This document shows, piece after piece, positions 8,663-18,365 of a stretch of 64,000 nucleotides of DNA (the stretch's first letter is position 1; every line of letters begins with the position of its first letter). The stretch comes from Spirochaetia bacterium. Lineage in GTDB: Bacteria; Spirochaetota; Spirochaetia; CADAEX01. The notes beneath the pieces were generated by a model. It did not search any database. It was given only the letters and a program-made list of their open reading frames with translations, and had not been told where the DNA came from. Location of the stretch: the NCBI GenBank assembly GCA_963662795.1, contig OY759746.1:1600001-1664000 (forward strand), in the 5' to 3' direction. A program made the translations under genes and the position numbers.

Positions 8663-10355
8663 GCAAAGCGCTCAATTGCTTAAAAAACACTTCGATACTG
8701 CCCTTGAAAGCCCGGATGGTATTAAAAAACTAAAGGAGCTTATCCTCACCCTTGCCATGCAGGGCAAACTGGTAAAACAGGACCCCAAAGACCAGCCGGC
8801 AAGTGAGCTTCTTAAAGAGATACAGGCGGAGAAGGAACGGCTGATTGCAGAGGGGAAGATTAAAAAGCAGAAAGAGCTGCCGCCGGTGAAGCCGGGAGAA
8901 GTACCCTATGAAGTGCCGAAGGGGTGGGAGTGGGTGAGAAATGAAGAAATAGTAACTCTTCTTGGAGATGGCATACATGGAACTCCAATATTTGATGATA
9001 ATAGTGAGTTTTTTTTTATTAACGGTAACAATCTTAATGATGGAAAAATCGAAATAAAAGAAAACACTAAACGTGTTTCCGAAAATGAATACATGAAATA
9101 CAAGAAGAACTTGAATTATAGAACTGTTTTTGTTTCAATCAACGGAACAATTGGAAATGTAGCTTTTTATAACAATGAAAAAGTAATATTAGGAAAAAGT
9201 GCATGTTACTTTAATTTGTGTTCTGATATATCAAAGGATTTTATAAAAAAAGTAATTAATAGTAAATATTTTTTAGAATATACTTTTTCTGAAGCGACTG
9301 GGACAACTATAAAAAATGTATCACTAAAAACAATGCGCGAGTTCTTGATCCCACTTCCGCCTCTGGCTGAGCAAAAACGCATTGTTGCTAAAATTGACGA
9401 ACTCATGGCACTCTGCGACAGGCTGGAAAAAAAGCTCAAAGCCAAGAGTGAAAAACTGCTCGCAGTCCACACTGCGGCAATTAACCGCTTGATGAATGCA
9501 GCTGACAAAAATGATTTTGATACATCCTGGCAGTTTATCACATCTCACTTTGACCCGCTCTACAGCGTAAAAGAAAATGTTGCAGAGCTTAAAAAAGCCA
9601 TCCTCACCCTTGCCATGCAGGGCAAACTGGTAAAGCAGGACCCCAAAGACCAGCCGGCCAGTGAACTATTAAAAGAGATACAGGCTGAGAAGGAGCGGCT
9701 CATTAAAGAAGGGAAGATTAAAAAGCAGAAAGAACTGCCGCCCATAAAGCCGGAAAAAGTACCGTATGAGATTCCTGAGGGATGGGTTTGGACGAGATTA
9801 GGGGATATGTGCTTAAAAGTATCAGATGGATTTCACCATTCTGCAAAAAAAATATCGCAAGGAATAAGATACATTTCTGCTACGCATATTAATAACGGAT
9901 GGATAGAATGGGATAGTGGTCTTTTTGTATCTGAAAAAGAATATAATGAATTATTAAAAAAGACTGACTTAAAAAAAGGGGATATATTAATAGTTAATCG
10001 TGGGGCAGGATGTGGTGATGCAGCAATAATAAATATTAATGAAAAATTCTGTTTTCAAAATGCAGCAATTATCGGTTTTACACAAAATTTATTATTTGGA
10101 TCATATCTACTAAAATATATACATAAAAGCAAAGGTTATTTCCTTGAGAAATTTATACAAGGTGGAGCACAACCAATGCTTTCAAATAAATTGCTTGCAA
10201 CACATCCGTTTCCCATCCCCCCCCTTGCTGAACAAAAACGCATTGTCGCCAAAATTGACGAACTCATGGCACTCTGCGGCAGGCTGGAAAATAAGATAGA
10301 CCAGAAAACCGCAAAGCAGACGGCTTTATTTGATGCGGTGCTGGCTGCTATATGA
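8655..10355 (+). CDS. hsdS: Type I RM specificity subunit, two TRDs (long Type IB-like)
   Basis: Duplicated ILTLAMQGKLVKQDP...PYE.P.GW.W and PPLAEQKRIVAKIDELMALC blocks flank two AT-rich variable regions. Confidence 0.95.
   Translation: MNKQSAQLLKKHFDTALESPDGIKKLKELILTLAMQGKLVKQDPKDQPASELLKEIQAEKERLIAEGKIKKQKELPPVKPGEVPYEVPKGWEWVRNEEIVTLLGDGIHGTPIFDDNSEFFFINGNNLNDGKIEIKENTKRVSENEYMKYKKNLNYRTVFVSINGTIGNVAFYNNEKVILGKSACYFNLCSDISKDFIKKVINSKYFLEYTFSEATGTTIKNVSLKTMREFLIPLPPLAEQKRIVAKIDELMALCDRLEKKLKAKSEKLLAVHTAAINRLMNAADKNDFDTSWQFITSHFDPLYSVKENVAELKKAILTLAMQGKLVKQDPKDQPASELLKEIQAEKERLIKEGKIKKQKELPPIKPEKVPYEIPEGWVWTRLGDMCLKVSDGFHHSAKKISQGIRYISATHINNGWIEWDSGLFVSEKEYNELLKKTDLKKGDILIVNRGAGCGDAAIININEKFCFQNAAIIGFTQNLLFGSYLLKYIHKSKGYFLEKFIQGGAQPMLSNKLLATHPFPIPPLAEQKRIVAKIDELMALCGRLENKIDQKTAKQTALFDAVLAAI
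8742..9791 (+). repeat. Direct repeat A within hsdS (8742-8933 and 9600-9791)
   Basis: Near-identical DNA starting ATCCTCACCCTTGCCATGCAGGGCAAACTGG, offset 858 bp. Confidence 0.9.
9366..10291 (+). repeat. Direct repeat B within hsdS (9366-9430 and 10227-10291)
   Basis: GCTGARCAAAAACGCATTGTYGCYAAAATTGACGAACTCATGGCACTCTGCG shared. Confidence 0.9.
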
Positions 10356-10491
10356 CTCCTTACTTTTAACTTTTCCTGAACTAACTGTATCTCCATATAT
10401 TTAATTCAAAGGCAACTTAAACCGGTGGCAAGTGAAAGTAATATTTGGCTTTAATCTGTAAAATAGGTATTTTATACAGAAGGAGTTTAAG

Positions 10492-11223
10492 ATGAATGTT
10501 TTAATTCTTGGAGCAAGCGGCGCGACTGGCAAACAGGTAGTCCTGCAGCTTATTAAAAGAGGAATCAGTTCACGGATAGTTGTCAGGGAAAGCGCTTCTC
10601 TTCCGCAGGAAATAATTGATGCTTCGAATGTTGAAATCATCAAAGGCAGTATTACGGAATTCAGCAGTGAAAAACTTAAGGAGCTTGTGAAAGACTGCAC
10701 GGCTGTGGTATCCTGCCTCGGACACAATATTACATTTAAGGGCATGTTCGGGAAACCCCGTATGCTTGTGTATTCAACCGTAAAAAGGATATGCGGGGCA
10801 GCACAGGAAAATGGAAGTAAAAAACTGAAGTTCGTCCTTATGAGTACAACTGGCTATACAAACAGCGAAAACGGAGAAAAAAATACAACTGGGGAAAAGA
10901 TAGTTTTTTCACTGCTTAAATTACTGCTCCCGCCGCATCTGGATAATATGAAAGCCGCCGATTATCTTTTCAGAAAAATCGGAAAGGATAATGAAAAAAT
11001 AGAATGGACAGCGGTTCGGCCTGACGGATTAATTAATGAAAACACAGAGAGTAAGTACAATGTTTTTGAATCCCTGCAGAGAAGTCCGATATTCAATCCG
11101 GGACAGGTAAGCAGAATTAATGTAAGTCACTTTATGGCGGAACTGTTAACCAGTGAAGAGCTTTGGAAAAAATGGAAGTATAAAACTCCGGTTATTTATA
11201 ACGAAGAGCAGAAAGAAAAATGA
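10492..11223 (+). CDS. Atypical SDR / NAD(P)H-binding protein (flavin reductase/BVR-B-like)
   Basis: ILGASGATG Rossmann motif, WTAVRP, SRINVSHFM; AAGGAG RBS. Confidence 0.85.
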   Translation: MNVLILGASGATGKQVVLQLIKRGISSRIVVRESASLPQEIIDASNVEIIKGSITEFSSEKLKELVKDCTAVVSCLGHNITFKGMFGKPRMLVYSTVKRICGAAQENGSKKLKFVLMSTTGYTNSENGEKNTTGEKIVFSLLKLLLPPHLDNMKAADYLFRKIGKDNEKIEWTAVRPDGLINENTESKYNVFESLQRSPIFNPGQVSRINVSHFMAELLTSEELWKKWKYKTPVIYNEEQKEK

Positions 11224-11262
11224 TAAGATTGGGGAAACCAGGAGTCATAAGAAGGAGGTAAA

Positions 11263-11685
11263 ATGATTTTCGCCAATTTTCTTGCGGTATTGTTCATCCT
11301 TTTGATATCAGCGCACCTTAGCGGGGATGTTGGTTCATTCATAAATATTGACAGTGCAGTCATAGTTGCGGCTGGTTTTGTTTTCTCGTCAATAGCCCTT
11401 TCTGCAGGAAGGTTCAGCCTGCTTCTTAAGGGATTTAGTGAGATATTTAAATTCTCCTCAAATAAAACTCCAGATAATGAAATAAAAAACATGTTTTTCG
11501 GTATATCGGTTATGACAATGGGTGTCGGCATCTGTTCAACCGCGCAGGGCTTTATTTCCGGAACTTTAATAAAATCAGCGTATTCAATTTCAGAAATAAT
11601 TGTATTTTCCTCATTCACTACAATCTATAGTTTTATCCTGGTAGTTTTTATTTTGCTTCCTGTTTCATTCAGGAATATAAAATAG
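11263..11685 (+). CDS. Small membrane protein, N-terminus resembles MotA/PomA
   Basis: About four hydrophobic segments; GDVGSFINIDSAVIV; strong AGGAGG RBS. Confidence 0.6.
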   Translation: MIFANFLAVLFILLISAHLSGDVGSFINIDSAVIVAAGFVFSSIALSAGRFSLLLKGFSEIFKFSSNKTPDNEIKNMFFGISVMTMGVGICSTAQGFISGTLIKSAYSISEIIVFSSFTTIYSFILVVFILLPVSFRNIK

Positions 11686-11808
11686 TGAAATATATTGGAT
11701 TCTATGAATGAATAATATTATGGAAACATATAACTCCTGGCTTTATTGCTTGTTTTTATTTGACTGATGCAATATCACTTATATGTTGTTTTCCTCATCC
11801 TTTCCCGT

Positions 11809-11820
11809 GGAAACGATTCC
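11809..11820. promoter_or_regulatory. LacI-family operator-like palindrome upstream of the MFS gene
   Basis: GGAAACGATTCC with central CG. Confidence 0.4.
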
Positions 11821-11873
11821 CCGGGATTTCATTAGCAATCTGCAGGCTGACAATAATTAAGGAGCTTCATTTC

Positions 11874-13076
11874 ATGAGCGGCATTAAAAATATATATGGC
11901 AAACTTAACCTGCTCTCTTTCGGGATTGCCGGTTTTGTAATGTCTGCAAGAACCAGCGCTTTTTCATCAATCCGGGAAGAGTTTTCCTTAAATTATTCCA
12001 GCATTTCACTTCTTGTCCTTGTCTCGGGGATTATAATGCAGATTTCCACTTTCCTGACAGGCTATAGTTTAAGACGGTTCGGCTACAGGCTTAATACCGC
12101 AGTCTCGCTTTTGATTTTCGGTTCCTCCTTCCTCCTGATTTTTTTATCTGCCGGCTATCCGATGGTCTTTGTCTCATTCTGCATTATGCTTTTCGGGTTC
12201 GGAGCGGTTGTCCTTTCCCTCAACATGCATACAGGTTACCTTGCCGGAAAAAACAACGGGCCTGCGCTTATGAGGCTTCATCTCGGATTTTCAGTCGGCG
12301 CTCTTTTAGGGCCCAAGACAATAAGCTTTTTTATAACAAACGGAATGGACTGGCGGTTTGTCTATATCCCTGCCGCATGTCTTGTTTTTGCAATATCTGT
12401 TATTTATTTTATTCTTCCTGAAAAAAAGATGGAAATGGAAAATGAAAATGAATTATCTGAATCAGGCGTACAGGAAAAAAGTAAAGATACTTCCGCCGAC
12501 TTCAGTGTGGTTGATGGAAAAATCCTGAAAAAGGCCGTGTTTCTGTTTGTTGTTATCTTTATCGCGGGGCAGCTGTGGGAATACGGTTTTGGGACATGGT
12601 TTGTAATATTCTGCAGGCAGCACTTCAGTCTTTCAGAGATCACTTCCTCTACATATCTAACAATATTCTGGGTGTGCTTTCCCGTTAGCAGAATATCTGC
12701 CGGATATATTGTGAAGAAAACAGGGGCAGTCTCCCTGCTTGTGGTTTCGTTTATTTCCATTTTCCTGTTTGTCCTTGCGGGGTTTGTTTTTTCCGCTCCC
12801 CTGTTGTTCAGTCTGACAGATCTGTTTACGGCCCTTATTTACCCTCTCACAATGACTCTGATGCAGCAGACTCTCGGCAGGGAAAGATCCGACCTTATCG
12901 GCGTAATCAGTATGGTAGGCGGTTTTATCAACTATCTGCTTATTGCATCAGCCGGAAGCATCACGGATGTATTCGGAATTGCGGCAGGGTTCGGAAGCAC
13001 GGCGCTCTACCTGCTTGCCGGGGCCTGTGCGTCAATTATACTGGGTGTAAATATTTTATCGAAAAAAATATTATAA
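11874..13076 (+). CDS. MFS transporter (probable sugar permease)
   Basis: About 12 TM segments, RRFG loop, LHLGFSVGALLGP. Start at ATG 11874 after AAGGAG. Confidence 0.85.
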   Translation: MSGIKNIYGKLNLLSFGIAGFVMSARTSAFSSIREEFSLNYSSISLLVLVSGIIMQISTFLTGYSLRRFGYRLNTAVSLLIFGSSFLLIFLSAGYPMVFVSFCIMLFGFGAVVLSLNMHTGYLAGKNNGPALMRLHLGFSVGALLGPKTISFFITNGMDWRFVYIPAACLVFAISVIYFILPEKKMEMENENELSESGVQEKSKDTSADFSVVDGKILKKAVFLFVVIFIAGQLWEYGFGTWFVIFCRQHFSLSEITSSTYLTIFWVCFPVSRISAGYIVKKTGAVSLLVVSFISIFLFVLAGFVFSAPLLFSLTDLFTALIYPLTMTLMQQTLGRERSDLIGVISMVGGFINYLLIASAGSITDVFGIAAGFGSTALYLLAGACASIILGVNILSKKIL

Positions 13077-13346
13077 TTTGAATACGATAAAAGAAATGTG
13101 TAAATACTTTTTACTAAATTGAAAGGTAGTCAATATCTATCCGATTTAATATAACTGATTCATTGCTAGTTGTGGAATTCATCTGGCATTATGTTTTATC
13201 TTATTGAAAATAGTACTTTTTGTAGTTTATCCATATCCTTTTAACTTCCCGCTGCTGAAAAAATATTCAGTATTTAAACCATCACTTAAAATTTATATTT
13301 TTAATTTAGTTTTTAATGTTAATCACTGGTAGTTCAAAATATTTTG

Positions 13347-13404
13347 TTGACAATTTAGGTTTTCATGATATAATACTTATGCTGTTAACAGTTGACAGTT
13401 AACA
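13347..13404 (+). promoter_or_regulatory. Sigma70 promoter followed by GntR-type operator array
   Basis: TTGACA(13347)-16 nt-TATAAT(13369), then GTTAACA-GTTGACA-GTTAACA (13384-13404) containing the palindrome CTGTTAACAG. Confidence 0.75.
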
Positions 13405-13556
13405 AAGTAAAAGAAGAAATTAACATGCCAGTTACAATTACTTTAATGATAACATCTTTTTATTAATGGCTGTTTATGAGTTTGCAAACCTTATTGATGA
13501 TCTTAATAAATATTTAAAACAAAAATATGTTTCGGACTAAACTTATGGAGGATTGT

Positions 13557-14843
13557 ATGTCTAAAATTGTTATAAAGGATATAAAAGCAGGCGAAATAAT
13601 TGATAACAGGGGCATGCCTACCGTGCGCTCGTATGTCCGTGTAAATGATTCAGTCGCCTGGGCTGACGCGCCTAAAGGATCATCTACCGGCTCTTTTGAA
13701 GCTTTTGACCTGAGGGACGGCGGGAAAAGATACAATGGAATGGGTGTTAAAAAGGCAGTTAAAAATATTGAAGAGATAATTGCGCCTGCTTTAAGAAACC
13801 GGGAAGTATCATCATTAAATAAAATTGACAGGATAATGATTGATTTGGACGGCACGGAAAATAAATCAAAGCTGGGGGGGAATGCGATAACTGCAACATC
13901 CCTTGCCGTTGCTAAAGCTGCTGCAAAGGCTTTAGACCTGCCTCTTTATAATTATCTCAATCCGTTCGCGCATGTTCTGCCGGTCCCGCAGGCCTGTTTT
14001 ATAAACGGAGGCGTGCATGCTGACAACGGCCTGGAAACACAGGAAATGTGCGTAATGCCTGTTGGAGTCAATTCCTTTGCGGAAGCAATGGAAGTTTTAA
14101 ATGCTGTCTGGTTTTCATTAAAAGAGGTTTTAAGGAAAAATCTGGGGGGCGGGGCAAGCAATACAGGTGAAGACGGCGGATTCGCACCGCCGATTAATAA
14201 TCTTCACCAGGCAATGGATTATATCCTTGATGCTGTAAAAATTGCGTCATGCGAGGATATAGTTTTATATGGTTTTGACATGGCGGCAAGCGGTTATTTT
14301 CAAACATCAAATAACAGATATTTGTTCCAGGGAAAGGAAAGAACAAGGGAAGATATAATTGACTATTATGATGATCTTCTTGGGAAATACCCAAAGCTTG
14401 TATCCATAGAAGATCCGCTGGATGAAAATGATGTGGAAGGCTGGAGTATATTTACAAAAAAATTTCAGGACAGAATATTGATTATAGGAGATGACTTTTT
14501 TTCCACCAATATCGGCAGACTGAAAATAGGGGTAAAAAATAATGCAGGCAATGCGCTTCTTTGCAAGGTTAATCAAATCGGATCAATATCAGAAACTTTT
14601 GAGGCTGCTGGTTTTGCCCAGAGAAATAACATGTCAGTTGTCATGTCTCCGAGATCCGGTGAGACAGAAGATGATATCCTGTCAGATATAAGTGTTGCCT
14701 TAAACGCCGGGTGTTATAAAACAGGCGGAATGAGAGGAAGCGACAGGGGTTCCAATTACAACCGTTTTCTGGAAATTGAAAAAGAACTTGGAAGTGCTGC
14801 TGTTTATGCAGGAGCAGATTATTGCAGGAAAAATACTAACTAA
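13557..14843 (+). CDS. Enolase paralog with altered active site
   Basis: Full-length enolase motifs (GSSTG, NGGVHA, IEDP, GDD, KVNQIG, RSGETED, KTG), but GDEGG->GEDGG and SHRSG->SPRSG. Start at 13557 after GGAGG. Confidence 0.9.
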   Translation: MSKIVIKDIKAGEIIDNRGMPTVRSYVRVNDSVAWADAPKGSSTGSFEAFDLRDGGKRYNGMGVKKAVKNIEEIIAPALRNREVSSLNKIDRIMIDLDGTENKSKLGGNAITATSLAVAKAAAKALDLPLYNYLNPFAHVLPVPQACFINGGVHADNGLETQEMCVMPVGVNSFAEAMEVLNAVWFSLKEVLRKNLGGGASNTGEDGGFAPPINNLHQAMDYILDAVKIASCEDIVLYGFDMAASGYFQTSNNRYLFQGKERTREDIIDYYDDLLGKYPKLVSIEDPLDENDVEGWSIFTKKFQDRILIIGDDFFSTNIGRLKIGVKNNAGNALLCKVNQIGSISETFEAAGFAQRNNMSVVMSPRSGETEDDILSDISVALNAGCYKTGGMRGSDRGSNYNRFLEIEKELGSAAVYAGADYCRKNTN

Positions 14844-14856
14844 GCAGGTCTCTCAA

Positions 14857-16227
14857 ATGTATGTAAAGAACAGGGAACAGCTCCTATCCCACGGACTGGC
14901 AGAAGCCAGGGAAATGGCGGTCGAAATAATTGAAGCCTGTCTCGAAGCTGTTGATCCGTATAAGGCGGTAATAGATCAGATAAAGATAAATGATGATATA
15001 CTTTATTTTGATGAAAATAAAATTGATCTAAAAAAATTTGATAAAATATATGTGCTGGGCGCGGGAAAAGCGACATATAAAGTGGCAAGGGCAATTGATG
15101 AAATATTTTCCGGCAGAATACATCAGGGGCTTGTTGTTTTAAAAGATACCGATGAGAAAGAACTGAAGAATATCAGGATGATAAAAGGAAGACACCCGTA
15201 TCCGGATGAGAGCAGCTTTATCGCGGGAGAAGAAATAGAAAAAATAATAAAAAAAGTTAAAAAAAATGATCTGGTAATTTCTCTTATTACCGGAGGATCT
15301 TCCGCTTTATGCACAATCCCGGTGGAAGGAGTCAGCAGAAAGGATAAAATTGAAATTAATAAACTGCTTGTAACAAGCGGTGCTGATATTCTGGAAATAA
15401 ATACGGTAAGAAGACATCTTTCAAAAATAAAGGGGGGGTATTTAACCTCCTCGGTCGCCCCCGCGACTGTAATATCCTTAACAGTATCGGATGAAAAAAG
15501 AGACATATCGTGCTGGAATCATGACTGGACAGCGCCGGATAATTCAACTTTTGCAGATGCTGTAACTGTACTGAAAAAATATAAATTATGGGAATTAACA
15601 CCTGAATCCATTAAAAAGTATTTAAGAAATGGCAATAATGATAATGAAACACCCAAGAATATAACAGAAGGACAGGATATATATTATAAAATGGTGGTAA
15701 AGACAGTCGACTTATGGGAAGCCGCAAGAAGAAGGGCTTTGGAGCTGGGATTAACTCCCCAGCTATTGACAACAGTCTTAACCGGTGATTCCCTGAGTGC
15801 CGGGCGTTTCCTTGCATCTGTAGGAATATCCGCGAAAATAAATAATCTGCCGTTGAGCCCTCCATGCATGTTTTTCGTTACCGGCGAAACTTCCGTAAGG
15901 CTGGAAAGCAGTAAAAAATACGGAACCGGGGGCGCTGACCAGGAACTATCATTGGGAGGTTGTATAGATTTAACGGAAGATGAGAAAAATATACTGATCT
16001 GTTCAGTTGATACGGACGGTACTGACGGGCCGACTGATATTGCCGGTGGGATGACAGATTATTCAACAATAAACAGGGTCAGCAAAGCCGGTACTGATTT
16101 TTATGAACTGCTTGATTCACACAGTTCTTCTGAAATATTAAAGGCTTCAGGGGATTTTATTTTAACCGGTACGACCGGGACAAATGTAAATTCTTTTTCT
16201 TTTGTGATTGTTTTAAAGGACGCGTAA
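14857..16227 (+). CDS. Glycerate 2-kinase family (DUF4147/MOFRL, TtuD-like), divergent
   Basis: GAGKA, HPYPD, GGSSAL, GADILEINTVRRHLSKIKGG, TDGTDG, TGTNVN. Confidence 0.88.
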   Translation: MYVKNREQLLSHGLAEAREMAVEIIEACLEAVDPYKAVIDQIKINDDILYFDENKIDLKKFDKIYVLGAGKATYKVARAIDEIFSGRIHQGLVVLKDTDEKELKNIRMIKGRHPYPDESSFIAGEEIEKIIKKVKKNDLVISLITGGSSALCTIPVEGVSRKDKIEINKLLVTSGADILEINTVRRHLSKIKGGYLTSSVAPATVISLTVSDEKRDISCWNHDWTAPDNSTFADAVTVLKKYKLWELTPESIKKYLRNGNNDNETPKNITEGQDIYYKMVVKTVDLWEAARRRALELGLTPQLLTTVLTGDSLSAGRFLASVGISAKINNLPLSPPCMFFVTGETSVRLESSKKYGTGGADQELSLGGCIDLTEDEKNILICSVDTDGTDGPTDIAGGMTDYSTINRVSKAGTDFYELLDSHSSSEILKASGDFILTGTTGTNVNSFSFVIVLKDA

Positions 16228-16246
16228 TCAAAACAAGGAATATAAA

Positions 16247-17503
16247 ATGGATTTACCTGAAATATATAAAATTAAACAGATAATTAACCATCCCTTTATT
16301 GCTGATATTGATAAGGAAATAAGAAAGGAAATCAAGAAAATTGATTTAAGCAAAAAGGAAGGAAAGACAGTTGCGATTACCTGCGGCAGCAGAGGTATAA
16401 CTGACTATTTTTCCATTGTAAAATCTTTAGCTGATGTATTAAAAGAAAATTCAATGAAGCCGTTTATTGTTCCTGCCATGGGAAGTCACGGAGGAGGAAC
16501 GGCGGAAGGACAAAAAAAACTTCTGCACAATCTTGGTTTATCAGAAAAGGAATTAAAAATACCGATAAAATCATCTATGGAAGTTGTCAAAATCGGTGAA
16601 ACGGATGATGTTCCGGTTTATATAGATAAAACAGCAGCTGAAGCCGATTTTATTGTTTTATTTCATATCATAAAGGATCATCCGGATTTTTACCATAATT
16701 CATACGGAACAGGATTTCAGAAGATGCTGACAATCGGTCTTGGAAAATACAAAGGAGCCGATTGTTATCACAGGGCAATTATTTCACACGGCTTTGTAAA
16801 AATTATCAATGATGTTTCGAAGGTCGTTATTGAAAAAACAAATATTCTATTTGCTCTTGGAGTTGTTCAAAACGCATACGGCCGGACGGCAAAAATGGAA
16901 ATCTGCGAAAAAGATAAAATAACAGAAACAGAAAAAAAGCTCTTCAGGCTTGCATTGAAATATACAATGAAAATCCCGTTCGATGAATTTGATATTTTAA
17001 TTATTGATGAAATGGGCAAGGAGTACAGCGGAGCAGGATTTGAAACAAAGATTGTCGGAAGAATTGGTATGCCCTTATTAAGCAGAGAGCCGAAAAAACC
17101 AAAAATAAAACGGATTGTTGTCTGCGATATCACAAAGAAATCCGAGGGGAATGCGATAGGAATCGGAAATGCTGATTTCATAACAAAAAAACTTTATGAT
17201 AAAATAGACTTTAACTCGATGTATATAAACGCAATTGCCGCTTCTGAGGTTGAAGTCGCCAGAATCCCGGTCGTTTTGGAAAATGACAGAAAAGCCGTTG
17301 AAACTGCTATGGCAACAATTGGAAATATTGAAAGTAAAAATATTAAGCTTGTCAGAATAAAAAACACAAAAGAAATGGAGTATCTGTATATTTCAAAAGC
17401 ACTGTTAAAAGAAGTAAATGATTTAAAAAGAAAAACTGAAATAGAAATAATCAAGGAAGATTGTATGTTGCTTGATGAAGCTGATACCCTGGCAGAATTC
17501 TGA
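16247..17503 (+). CDS. LarA/DUF2088-like (lactate racemase domain) protein
   Basis: AITCGSRGI, PAMGSHGGGTAEGQ, KMLTIGLGK, GNAIGIGNAD, VRIKNT. Confidence 0.75.
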   Translation: MDLPEIYKIKQIINHPFIADIDKEIRKEIKKIDLSKKEGKTVAITCGSRGITDYFSIVKSLADVLKENSMKPFIVPAMGSHGGGTAEGQKKLLHNLGLSEKELKIPIKSSMEVVKIGETDDVPVYIDKTAAEADFIVLFHIIKDHPDFYHNSYGTGFQKMLTIGLGKYKGADCYHRAIISHGFVKIINDVSKVVIEKTNILFALGVVQNAYGRTAKMEICEKDKITETEKKLFRLALKYTMKIPFDEFDILIIDEMGKEYSGAGFETKIVGRIGMPLLSREPKKPKIKRIVVCDITKKSEGNAIGIGNADFITKKLYDKIDFNSMYINAIAASEVEVARIPVVLENDRKAVETAMATIGNIESKNIKLVRIKNTKEMEYLYISKALLKEVNDLKRKTEIEIIKEDCMLLDEADTLAEF

Positions 17504-17511
17504 TCAATAAA

Positions 17512-18186
17512 TCAATCATTTTTTAACATGTATTCTTTGATATGCTGAAGTCCTTTTTCCAAATGTTTTTCATATATCTTTTTCGCCTGGTTTATATCAA
17601 TATTTTTAATAGAGTTAAAGATCAATAAGTGCTCTTCAATATTTTCTTTTTTTGCCGGCATGATTAATACATTCTTGTCCATGGCAATACACAGGCTGAG
17701 TTGACATTCCAGATCTTCCCAGATTTTTATAAGCCGTTTGTTGTTTGTTAATTCACAGATTGTTTTGTGGAATTCAAGATCTTTTGATACATGCCCGTTT
17801 ATTGATTTTTGTTTTTTCATTTCGTCTAATATTTTTGATAATTTGTTTAAAATATCCTCATTTATGTTTTTAATAATTTCTTCAACCGCAAGAATTTCTA
17901 TGGCATTTCTTAATTTGAAAATTTCCTCGATATCCCTGATGGTAAATTTTACCACAAATGTTCCTTTATACGGAATTGTATTAACAAGACCTTCTTTTTC
18001 AAGATAACGAAAAGCCTCTCTAATCGGATAACGGCTTATATTCATTTCACGTGATAATCTTGCTTCAGAAATTTTTTCACCGGGTTTTATCCTGCCGCTG
18101 ATAATCGCGCTGCGGATTTCCATTGCGACATCACTGGTTAAAGGTTCTCTTTTTTGGGAATTAAATATATTTGCCATGTTTTGCAA
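17512..18186 (-). CDS. GntR family regulator (FCD domain)
   Basis: KPGEKISE..LS..MNISRYPIREA HTH; DLEFH, EH..I, H FCD motifs. Confidence 0.92.
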   Translation of the reverse strand: MQNMANIFNSQKREPLTSDVAMEIRSAIISGRIKPGEKISEARLSREMNISRYPIREAFRYLEKEGLVNTIPYKGTFVVKFTIRDIEEIFKLRNAIEILAVEEIIKNINEDILNKLSKILDEMKKQKSINGHVSKDLEFHKTICELTNNKRLIKIWEDLECQLSLCIAMDKNVLIMPAKKENIEEHLLIFNSIKNIDINQAKKIYEKHLEKGLQHIKEYMLKND

Positions 18187-18365
18187 TCCATTATTATGAA
18201 AATATTAAATTAACAGGAAATCTTTAATATTATGATATATTAAAAGATTTTATTCTATAGACTGTAATCTGGAAAAATACTTTTATTGCGGATAATACGG
18301 TGTTGGTTTTTACACTGCAATATCAGGCCCGGGAATACAAGAGATAATATATCTGATAATATCCA

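Noticed and set aside
11263-11685. Zorya (ZorA) defence component
   Set aside because: Far too short, no coiled-coil tail, and no ZorB/OmpA-domain partner
13100-13245. Minus-strand mini-ORF MDKLQKVLFSIR* followed by NIMPDEFH, faintly like an HUH-transposase MPxHxH motif
   Set aside because: Too short, interrupted by stops, and the match is within chance for AT-rich DNA
13557-14843. Enolase as a pseudogene or as the housekeeping eno
   Set aside because: The ORF is intact with RBS, promoter and most catalytic residues, so not a pseudogene. The specific substitutions and context argue against housekeeping eno.
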